A DNA stretch of 61,130 nucleotides, counting the filler, from Gonapodya sp. JEL0774 (Eukaryota), in NCBI GenBank assembly GCA_027604505.1. It is 5 parts of 5 records of this genome, joined end to end, with 100 filler letters (N's around TTAATTAATTAA, not from the genome) between each part and the next. Parts side by side here need not be neighbours in the genome. Positions count along the whole stretch, not along the records: positions 49,047 to 61,130 come from JADIIX010000347.1; 4 more parts are not named here. One strand, 5' to 3'. The position numbers and the translations under genes were made by a program. Positions 50,753 to 61,130 of this stretch are shown in pieces. The notes beneath the pieces are model-generated. The model was not told the origin of the DNA and searched no databases. It saw only the letters and a list, made by a program, of their open reading frames with translations. Position 1 is the first letter of the stretch; each line of letters starts with the position of its first letter.

Positions 50753-53111
50753 TGCGCTCGGTAGCAGCTACTAGAATAGAGTCTGACAGGCAATCATGAA
50801 TCCAGCGTGGCTTTGCAGAACTGTGGACCTAACTGTGAGCGACTGTGACCTTGTCCCACAGCACCCCAACCCACTTTTCATCAATTTGCATATAATGGAA
50901 CTGCCAACCTCGACAGAAATTCAAGCACCAGCGGGAGGCCCGCGGAGAGCACAAGATAAATTATGCTAGCTATTCTGATGCTGGCATGTGCTGGTTTGCT
51001 GCCACAGCCCACAGATTCAAGACTTCTGGGATCAGGGCCACGAAAACCATGAAACAAGATGTAGTGTTCCATCCGAAAATTGGCTTTACCTAAAGCCCAC
51101 GAAATGGGCCTTTGGTGAAGGGGTTCAGAGAACGCTCGTATTGATTAGAAACACTTGCTTGCAATTTAATCAAAGGCAAATATATATCTCTCGATGTAAT
51201 CGATTTGCTAGCGCACTCTCACTGCGTTGGAGGGCGGTGTGGTCGACAAGATATGGTGCAAAGTGGCCCACTTCTCTCCGGTAACCATCCCCACCGCCGA
51301 CAGTACAACGGAATACGCATGTTCTTTAATGGCGATTCTTCAATTTTATGAATACTTAGTACTTGTGCTGCCGAAATGCCCGGGATCGGCGCTGGATTGC
51401 ACAGGAGCGTTGGTTTTGGAACTTGTCGAAAAGCGGCAGTTTTGTGACGCGCCCTCCGCTCCGAGCCTTCCGTGGTGTGATGTGTGCTTTGACTGCTATA
51501 GCTAGTACTCTCACGTGGCTCCCGCTCATGCCCGCCCCTCCACCCTCCTCATCCCACCACGGGTGCGCCGCCAATCCGCTTCCCCGCTCTGCCAGAATCC
51601 GACCGCTCTTTCACGGCGGATCATTCTTTTGTGACGTGAGCGAATGGTACATACATTGACTGCTTGAGACTGGCTGGAGAGGGCTGAACACGGCAGAAGA
51701 GGGTTGAAAACCTCCAAAATGTAGGCTCCCGCTGCAAAACAGGTACGTTTCTGGTGCGTAGTATGACCCGCTGCTTACGCGGTAGCTTAGTGCACTCACA
51801 ATTATGTGATGGTGATGTCAGACAGTTGCAGGTCATTCCTCTTCCTTCGCGTTTAGTGTTTCCACTGGACGCTCACGTCGGGACCAGCACGAGCATGTTG
51901 GAGTGTGGTCATCCCAGTTGTGTCGGTAGATTTGTCTACATTACGGGACTGATGTCTCGGAACTGGGCAATGACTTGGACAGAGACGGAATGGTGTGAGG
52001 AACGAATGCAGTACTTTGTACGTTTACCCCTCAGCAAACCATACAAAGGGCAGGGGAACCCCCCTGTTGCAAGAACTCATGTATGGTCATCTGAAGTAAT
52101 TATTATTTTTTGAGCTCTTTGCATCAGCCTCACACTCGCGGTCCTATTTCGCAACAGCACCACTCAGCAAATGTGAGTGTGAGCGTGGGAAGCCGAAGCC
52201 CATCAGTCGGAGGAGGAGGATCTACGCTTATACAAGTGTAGTGTGGCAAGGGTGATCGTTCAGCAGTATTCACGCAGCCGCGGTGTGAGAAAGGGTCCAG
52301 GCGTCAAGGGTGGCGGGCGGGCGGCACGGACTGGCAACATCGGGAGACGTGGTGCTTGTGGTGTGTCACAAAACAGACACTGTCGAGCCTCTTCTGTACC
52401 ATGTGTGGGAGAAAAAGTGCTTTTCGATGTGGACACCACGTCCCCGACACCGGACAGACTTTGCACTGCGATCCTCCTGCACTTACTGGATTTTCTGTTG
52501 TTGTTTTTGTCATTTTGTTATTTCGAGGTAACAACGCGATGGGTAGTTTTCCTCGCTCTGCCTGCACAATTTCGGAAGTCTGAACCCCCAGTCACCTCCC
52601 CCTCTCCCGCGTCCTCCACCCATCGGCACGTGTTCAGGTTCAAGCGCTGCATTAAGGAACTCACAAGCATCTCTCCGTATCCGTCCTTCGTTTTGCCCCG
52701 CTCGTGTAGCACCGAATTCTATTCAAGATCCTCCATGATGACGGGCTTGGTGGCCGAAGGTTCTTGCCAGGCGGAAGATCGTGGGCGTTGGTGGTTGTGG
52801 GACTCGACGAGGAGCGCGTACGATGAACGCGCACTCATGGATGGGCACACTTGGCCTCCCCCGCTGCTGCCCACCCGTGTGGGTTTTGCCAGACCAAGCA
52901 ATCTGAAAACACCAACAACCTGGCCCTCGCGGTCTGAGACCAGATCTACTCCTGCCCTCTTGTCTCTCCTCTGGTTTTCCATATATGGTACAATCGCATT
53001 CGCAACTATATGGTACAGCACGCAAACTCATCCCAATATTGTACACTCCAGCCACCAATCCCCGTTCCCGCGCCGTCCTTACCCCCGTCTCCACCACCCC
53101 ACCACCCCAGT

Positions 53112-54830
53112 TCACGTCTGCCCCACGTCGTAATTCATCTGCGTCAGCCGCGCATTGTAGGGCATCCGGTCGCGGATCGTGGAAAAGGTCTCCACGTCGA
53201 TGGAGTAGGGTTTGTTGGCTTGGGGCCACAGGGAATAAAACACAGGGTTGGGATGGGAATGGAGGTAGAGGTGGTGTTTGAGGGCGTCGGCGTGGTGTTG
53301 GGGGTCGCATAGGGTGAGTGTGAGTGGTGTTGGTCAGTTTGGGAACTATCACGCTACTCAGCATGCTCCGTTCCAGGTCCCGAAAACTCCAGGTCAACGC
53401 CCGCCCCACCCTCCACTTTCTTCAAACTCACCCACAACCCATCTCACACCCTCAGTGCACGGCGGGGTCGTCAAGCTTCCTTCGTAGGTCCTGTGGCGTG
53501 TGGGCATAGAGGGGGGGTGCGGGGAAGTGGAAAGCGTAAGCAGTGGGTCACTGGATGCGTAGGAGGACACACACAACTGGTGTGTACAGTGCCGCCCGTG
53601 ACCGCGAAGTGTACGTGTTCGATACGCCTGTGCCGGTGAGTGTGACCATTTTCCGCACGCCCACTCTCCCCACACATGCCGTTTCGTGCTCTCTACCAGT
53701 ACCAGCACCAGCTGATCTTCACCCCACAATTTGCCCCCTCGCGCCCACACTGTACTCACCAAAACCACCCAGCGTCCCTATCTTCTTCACCAGCCCGATC
53801 GGGAACTTGGACACCACGTTGGGAGGGTCGGTCGGGCGGGCGGGGATCTTGGGGGGTGTTGGCGGTGGGTGGTGGTGGTGGCTGGCCGGGTACGCGTGTG
53901 AGTGTGCGGATGTGTGGACCGTGAGACCCAAAATCTAGATCCCACTCCCCCCCCCTACCCCCGCATCCCTTGCTCACCCCCCTAGCAACATCCTCACGCA
54001 CCACCCCCTGGCCTTGTTGGACGTCTTGCGTGCCCACAGAGCCAGCAAGTGGATTTGTCCCGCGTCGGAACGGTGCACAAAGTGGAGTTCTGCGGCCTGG
54101 GCATTGGAAGAGAGGTGGTGCTGGTGGGGGCGACAGGTGGATGGCAGAGCGGGATTCGAGGGGGAAGAAGGTGAGAAAGGGTGGAGAGGTGAGTGAAAGG
54201 CAGGCGGCGGGCGGTGATGGCAGGTCGTGGGAACCAGCAGCCGGGAGTCAGATCGTCGCTGAGGTGGAGGGGTGCACAATACCACCCTCCACCGCACACT
54301 GGGCACAACCCCACCACACTGGCTCACCTCCGCCGGAATGTGGACGTGGAACTGCACGGGATAGTACGTCACGTTGTCGCGGACAATCCAGACTCTGTGG
54401 GATGGTGAAGGGTCCGGTGATGCGAGGAGGGGGGTTCAGGCGGAGTAGCGTGCGATGTGTATTGACGCAGGTTCCGTAAAAAGAGTAGAAGCAATTGGGA
54501 AAAAATCACAGAAGTACCATCAAAATTAACAGAATCCCGTACTGGCATCGGTCATCTCAAAGTCGACCGGGCTGGAATGGGGGGCGAGGTATGCATGTGT
54601 GTGTGTGTAATCCGTGTGGTGGTGTGCGAAGGGGTATTCTGTCCACACCATACCCATCGACCAATCCCCATCAAGGGCCAAGCCACACATCAGCAATTCA
54701 CCAAAAAAGACACATGATAAAATAAATCTCCACCCGTCGGTGTGGACCCACCTCTTGCGGCGCCCAGTCGAACACATCGTGTAGTTTGGATTCAAAGATC
54801 CCCATTTCAGCGGTCCGGTTTTGGCATTGT
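53112..54830 (-). pseudogene. Alpha-carbonic anhydrase, micro-exon-rich, probably incomplete or degraded
   Basis: Exon pieces YNAKTGPLKWGSLNPNYTMCSTG, SPVD, YYPVQFHVHIPAE, AELHFVH, TYEGSLTTPPCTEG and MPYNARLTQ. No clean start or full reading frame found. Confidence 0.75.
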
Positions 54831-55057
54831 AGCAGGGTCCGCTCGGTCAGCAGCGTTCCTCACTAACAAACGAATGTCACCACTCTAACCCCCCTCTTCA
54901 CGATCGCCAACTCGTGAGGCAGGGAGGATGGTCGATGCATACAACGGCACCAGGAGGAACGGTGGGGGACACGAGTATTCCCAGCACCGTTCCCACGCCC
55001 TCTGGATCTGTCGTTCCTCCACATTCACCGAGAGAAAAACACTCCAAAAACACTCAC

Positions 55058-55399
55058 GGCCCTCTTGAGCAAGACATCTAATACGGATACAGCCTTTGAA
55101 AACACGTTTAGAGACTCGTCGGCGTCGTGGAATCTGGGTATGCGCAAGTTTGATGATGGGATGGGATGGGCTTTGGCAGCAAGTGCGATCAGGGTGTTTG
55201 TGAGTGCAAGCAATTGCGCCGATATGTCTTTGATTCCGTCGTTGAAGTCTGCGGATGCGGCGCGGACGAACGTAGTATCCGATGGAGTCAGAAAGGTAGA
55301 CGCTCTGGCTGCCACAGACAGCGAGCGACCCAACGAGTCGACGTAGTCCGATGCTGTGGTCGTAGTGACGGAGTCCGGCGGGGGCTGCGCTGCGCTCAT
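55058..55399 (-). pseudogene. 5' fragment resembling the exosome nuclease Rrp6 N-terminal (PMC2NT) domain
   Basis: DTTFVRAASADFNDGIKDISAQLLALTNTLI...DADESLNVFSKAVSVLDVLLKRA resembles PMC2NT. No exonuclease exons follow. Confidence 0.55.
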
Positions 55400-56229
55400 C
55401 GATGGGCTGGTGCGCGGAAAGCGAATGCGGTCTGTGGTCGGGTCTGCAGTGTGTGTGGTGTGCAGTCGGGGTGGGGATGGTCCTAGAGCGTGGGCACAAA
55501 GGTGATGTCGTCCAAACCGTTCTTTCTTCCCGCTCCCTCCCTTTCTTCTTCTTCTTCTTCGATTTCTCCTTTCTTTGCCATCTCTTGTGTCTGGGTGTAA
55601 CGAATGGTGCTCTTCACGTTGATGCTCCGCTCTTCTGTCCGTGAATTTCTCTGGCCCCCGTGTCCTTCTTTCCTTTTTCACTCTTTCTATTACAAAATAT
55701 ATTCGAATGTATCTGGTAGTCCACTGTGCTGGTTCCAGCTGTGATCCCACGGACTGAAAGTGGGGAACGGGGCAGGTGGATTGGGCCGGACCGGTGTGCA
55801 AGTGACACCTCCCACTCCACAACACTTATACACACCGTGTTCATAGTTCTTAAAATGGTGTTACGTCTTGTCACGGTTTGGGCAAGAAATGGCGTAACGT
55901 AACAGGCCGGGTCCATACCGATAACAAAATCCTTCGTATAAATTGCCAACACATCCCCGCGACTTTAAGCAAAAGCGATCACATGTTATATCATATTAAT
56001 GCATCGTTTCCTGTGATCGTTCATCGTAGGCGACTGGAGCGTCATGTGTGCAGCTGCGTGGGGTCGGACTTTATCCGTTCCACCCCACTTCTTTCCTGGT
56101 TGGAAACTACACGCCCATACACATTTTGCTGTTCCGACGCGCTGTGATATGACGCTGCTTGGCAGCCTTGTGCCACAGCGCTGTAGACGTGGTGAGGTCT
56201 TTCTCGACGCCCCGGCCGTTGCCGTTGCA

Positions 56230-58281
56230 CTATCTGAGTTCCTTCTGCGCTTCGGCGCGGCCCTGGTTTGCCGCCTTCCTGTACCATGCGACCGCGGTTC
56301 TCTGGTCTTTTTCCACGCCCCGCCCTTTCTCGTAGCAGACACCAAGGTGGTACTGCGCTTGTGCGTTGCCCTGGTCCGCCACCTTCCTGTACCACGCGAC
56401 CGCCATTCTCTCGTCTTTCTTCACACCCCGCCCTTTCTCGTAGCAGAGACCGAGGTTGTACTGCGCTTGTGCGTCGCCCTGGTCCGCCGCCTTCCTGTAC
56501 CACGCGACTGCCGTTCTCTTCTCCTTCTCAATGCCCCGCCCTTTCTCGTAGCAGACACCGAGGTTATACTGCGCTTGTGCGTTATCCTGGTCCGCGGCCT
56601 CCCTGTACCACGCGACCGCCATTCTCTCGTCCTTCTCCACGCCTCGCCCGTTCTCGTAGCAGACACCAAGGTTGTACTGCGCTTTTGCGTGGCCCAGGTC
56701 CGCCGCATTCCTGTACCACGCGACCGCCATTCTCTCGTCCTTATCAACGCCCCGCCCGTTATCGTAGCAGACACCGAGGTTGTACTGCGCTTGTGCATTG
56801 CCCTGGTCCGCCGCCTTCCCGAACCACGCAACTGCCGTGCTCTCGTCCTTCTCCACACCCTGCCCGTTCCTGTAGCAGACACCAAGGTTGTTCTGTGCCA
56901 GCGCGTGGCCCTGGTCTGCTGCCTTCCTGAACCACGCGAATGCCGTTCTCTCGTCTTTGTCCACTCCCTGCCCTTTCCTGTGGCAGATACCGAGGTTGTA
57001 CTGCGCTTGTGCGTCGCCATGCTCCGCCGCCTTCCTGAACCACGCAACTGCCATTCTCTCGTCTTTCTCCACACCCCGCCCGTCGTAGTAGAGGAAACCC
57101 AGGCTGCACTGTGCCACCGCGTCCCCTTCCATGGCTTTATCGTAGAGGCTTCGGGCTTCGTCATTTTGAGGGGGAGTGAGCTTTTGAATCTCCACCAGGA
57201 CCAGGTTTTTCAAGCATGTTACAAAGTCGTCGGGGGTGGGGCGTTCTGTGGGATCTTGATCCCAAGATTTGAAAATCAGCTTGCAAAGGTCTTGTGGCAT
57301 GCTACTTTGTCGCGACAGCTTAGGTCTTTCCCCGTTCTGAATAATATCCTCATAAACATTCTGCCCCTTGTAGTCACTATATGGCTTTGCCCCGTCGTTC
57401 CAGATCTACGGGGAAGTTGGTATTGGATTTGTGACTGAATTCAATTTTACTACTTGCCGCTCACCGTACTGAAAATGACTGCGAGCGCGTACACGTCTCC
57501 ACTTCGCGAGGGTGGCGACTGCATACCTCCATTCGCATGATATGAGAGCCACTCCTGTAGTCGCTCTGGAGGCAAATACACTGCAGTCCCAGCACGTGTT
57601 TTATCCCCGGCAGACATCATGGTGGCTTCAGCGTTTCCTGCGCGACGGACCTTTGCGAATCCAAAATCCGCCACCATTGGGGTTCCATTCTCGTCAATAA
57701 GAACATTTTGCGGTTTGAGGTCAGCATGTGTGACTCCGTGGTGATGTATGTGTTGGAGTCCCTTGGCTGTTCCGAGCATCTGAGAGGGGGAAAACCCGCT
57801 TGAACTTTTGGTCATATGCAGGCAAAATAGAGCTTACCAGTTGGTACTTTTCGAGATCGCTGAGTTTCTGCGACTCCAAATATTGTTGCATGTCTCCCTT
57901 GCTAGCGTACTTGCATACAAGGCATGGCTTCGGACCGTCGTAGAAGACGCCATACAGGGGCAGAACGTTTGAGTGTTTCGGAATGTTCCACCATATCTTG
58001 ATTTCCTGGAGAAAGTCCTATGCCCTTCGTTTGAGTTACACCAACCGACCGTAGAACGAGCAAAAGGTGCAACATCGACTTACTCGAATGTTGTCTGCAG
58101 ACGGTGATGCTGTGGGAAGCGTTTTCACAACGACCTCCACGCTGGAGCCCCACAAAGCGCTGCGTGGGCGCCACGTTGCCCTCACCGCTACGCCAAATCC
58201 CCCGACGCCAACAATGGACGCGGTGTGTCGAATGTTTCTGATGATTGCCGGATCGGTGGAACTGGGGCCACTGGATAACAT
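56230..58281 (-). CDS. TKL-type protein kinase + 8 Sel1-like repeats, copy B (4 exons)
   Basis: Same exon structure as copy A, with eight 108-bp repeats and a TAG stop at 56230. Confidence 0.92.
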
Positions 58282-60737
58282 ATTAGAATCGTGTCTGAAA
58301 GGCGATCACGGATACAGCTTGGCGCTTTGTGTTACGGAACTGAGATCCTGTAGAGGACTGCACTGGATGAATAGAATGGACGGAAACGTAGGATGATGTT
58401 CGAAGTGTACAATATTATTCACTCTACTGTGACCGTCCCTTCACAGCCCCCTCCCACAGCACCCCAACCCAGCCTTTATCAACTTGCACATGAAGGAAGG
58501 AACTGCCAACATCGACAGAAATTCAAGCACCAACGGGAGGCCCTCGGAAAACACAAGAGAAACTATACTAGCTATTCTGATGCTGACTTGTGCTTTTTGA
58601 GAAGTCATCTGGGATCAGGGCCACGAAAACCATGAAACAAGGTGTAGTGTTCCTTTCGAAAATTGGCTTTATGTACCTAGTTGAAGTTCACGAAATGGGC
58701 TTTGAGGTAAAGGGGTTCAGAGGGATCACAAACAACGCTCGTATTGATTGAAACGCATGCTTGCTTGCGATTTAAAGAAAGCCAAATATATATCTGTCAA
58801 TGTAATCAATTTACTCCCGCACTTTCACTACGTTGGAGGGCGGTGTGGTCGACCAGATGTGGTGCAAAGTGGCCCTTCTCTCTGGTAACCATCCCCACCG
58901 CCGACAGTACAACGGAATCCGCTTGTTCTTTGATGGCGATTCTTCAATTTTTATGAAATACTAATTACTTGTGCTGCCCGGATCCCCGGGATTGGCGCTG
59001 GATTGCACAGGAGCGTTGGTTTTGGAACTTGTCGAAAAGCGGTACGTTTTGTGACGCCCACAGCACCGAGCTTTCCGTGGTGTGATGTGTGCTTTGACTG
59101 CTATAGCTAGTACTCTCACGTGGCTCCCGCGCATGCCCGCCCCTCCACCCTCCTCATCGCACCACGGGCCCCGCCAATCCTCTCCCCGCTCTGCCAGAAT
59201 CTGACCGCTTTTTCACGGCGGATCATTCTTTTGTGACGTGAGCGAATGGTACATACATTGACTGCTTGAAACTGGCTGGAGAGGGCTGAAGAGGGCGGAA
59301 GAGGGCGGAAGAGGGCTGAAACCCTCCAAACTGTAGGCTCACGCAGCAAAAAATGTCAGGTACGTTTCTTGTGCGTAGTATGACCCGCTGCTTACGCGAT
59401 AGCTCGGTGCATTTATAACAATGTGATGGTGATGTCAGGAAGTTGCAGGTCATTCCTCTTCCTTCCCGTTCAACACGTAGCAGCTTGACGCTCACATCGC
59501 TACCAGCACGAGCATGTTGGAGTGTGGTCATCCTAGTTGTGTCGGTAGAATTGTCTACATTACGGGACTGATGTCTCGGAACTGGGCAATGACTTGGACA
59601 GAGACGGAATGGTGAGACGAAGGAATAAGGTATGTTCTATTTTTCCCTCTCAGCAAACCATACAAAGGGCAGGGAACCCCCTGTTGCAAGAACTCATGTA
59701 TTATCATCCTCTGAGGTAATTCTCTGTTTTTTTTAGCCCTCTGCATCCGCCTCACACTCGCGGTCCTATTTCACTAAAGCAACCCGCGGCAAACGAGAGT
59801 GTGAGCGTGGGAAGCCGAAGCCCATCAGACGGAGGAGGAGGATCCACGCTTGTACAAGTGTAATGTGGCAAGGGCGATCGGCGGTATGCACGCAGTCGCG
59901 GCGTGAGAAAGGGTCAATGGGCAAGGGAGGAGTGGGCGCGGCACGGGCCACCGAGCACGTGACCCGTTTGCGGTGCTGTTATGGAGTTTTCAAGACTGGC
60001 AACATCGGGGGATGTGGTGCTTGTGGTGTGTCACAAAACGGACATCGTCGAGCCTGATCCAGTTCCGTGTGGGAGAAACAGTGACTTTTGACGGGGACAC
60101 CACATCCACAAACACCGATCAGACTGTTCACTGCGATCCTCCTGCACTACTGGCTTTTCTCTTGTTGTTTTTTGTCGTTGTTCTTTTCGAAGGTAAAAAC
60201 TCGACGGGTACTTTGCCGCACTCGTTTCTGGACAATCTCGGAAGTCTGAACAGGCCACCGGCAACCCCCCCTCTCCCCCGTTTGGGCAGGTGTTCGAGCT
60301 CAAGCACGGCATTGAGGAACTCACAAACCTCTCTCCGTACCCGTCCGTCGCTTCTTCCCGCTCGTGTGTGGCGATTTCTATTCCAGATCCTCCATGATGA
60401 CGGACTTGGAGCCCACGGTTCTTGTCAGGCGGAGGATAGCAGTCGGTGGTGGTGGTGGGACTCGACGAGGAGAGCGTACGATGATCCCGCACTATGGACG
60501 GGCACACTTGGCCTCCCCGCCGTCGCCCGCCCGCACCGGATCAAAAGAGTCAACAACACACGCACCGCGGTCTGAGACCGGATCTACTCCTGCCCTCTTG
60601 TCTCTCCTCTCGTTTTCCATCTATGGTACACTCGCACTCGCAATATACACACATTCCCAGGACAGTACACTCAGGCCACCCATTCCCCGTTCCCTCGCCG
60701 TCCTTAACCCCCGTCCCCACCACCCCACCACCCCACC

Positions 60738-60885
60738 TCACGTCTGTCTCACGTCGTAATTCACCTGCGTCAGCCGCGCATTGTAGGGCGTCCTGTCGCG
60801 GTCGTGGAAAAGGTCTCCACGGACGTAGTCCGATTCTGAGGCCCCAGTGATCGAGTCCGGCGGGGGCTGCGCTGCGCTCCTCATC
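60738..60885 (-). pseudogene. Remnant: last alpha-CA exon fused to the start of the RRP6-like fragment
   Basis: 60738-60821 matches 53112-53196 and 60822 onward matches 55340 onward. Confidence 0.7.
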
Positions 60886-61130
60886 GATGGGCTGGTGTGC
60901 GGGATGGGAATGCACAAGGTGTCTGTGCAGTGCGGTGGTGTGTAGTGGTGTGGTGCGGTGGTATGCAGTTGTGGTTGAGGTCAAAGGTGTGGTCCGAGTA
61001 GCCTCTACTCCACCGTTTTGTTCTTTTCTTTCTTCCCAATCCCTCCCTTTCTTCTTCTTCTTGTCTGATTGTTCCTTTCTTTGCCATCTCTTGTGTCAGC
61101 GTGCAACTGACGGTGCTGTTCATGTTGCTG

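Larger units (their letters stand above)
49047..61130. repeat. ~7.5 kb tandem segmental duplication
   Basis: Equivalent positions are offset by ~7.5-7.6 kb (50752/58281, 49763/57300, ~53190/~60815), and the intergenic DNA is also similar. Confidence 0.9.

Noticed and set aside
56044..57438. 464-aa + strand ORF, and the 108-bp repeats as a possible CRISPR or satellite
   Set aside because: Antisense shadow of the Sel1 coding repeats, with no unique spacers.
59278..59320. GAAGAGGGC(G/T) 10-bp tandem repeat
   Set aside because: Small slippage expansion relative to copy A, with no functional evidence.

Overview
Intron-rich eukaryotic DNA from an early-diverging fungus. The ankyrin/SH3 and kinase-Sel1 families recall Gonapodya-like chytrids, but the taxon is an inference. 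The window is not one locus: it is five ~12 kb contigs of decreasing length (12226, 12178, 12128, 12114, 12084 bp) joined by artificial 100-bp N44-TTAATTAATTAA-N44 linkers. Contig 1 holds a HAL/NPR-type kinase, an ACAD8-like acyl-CoA dehydrogenase and an Est1/SMG7-like gene. Contig 2 appears to be entirely part of a large (>12 kb) CpG-depleted CACTA/EnSpm (CMC) DNA transposon. It has a right terminal inverted repeat (TIR) and subterminal repeats, a long spliced transposase-BAH-Ulp1-like gene, and cargo genes, one with SAM+SAP motifs. Contig 3 holds a fungal TF-domain gene, an F-box gene, a ThrE/Prm10 membrane protein, NPT1 and a type I membrane protein. Contig 4 holds three paralogous SH3 genes (one an ankyrin-coil-SH3 pseudogene), a secreted tandem-domain Cys-rich protein and a membrane-anchored long coiled-coil protein. 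Contig 5 is a ~7.5 kb tandem duplication carrying non-RD TKL kinase-Sel1 repeat genes with variable repeats, an alpha-carbonic anhydrase and a 5' RRP6-like fragment. Exon structures were read by eye, and family calls come from motif recognition, not database searches.
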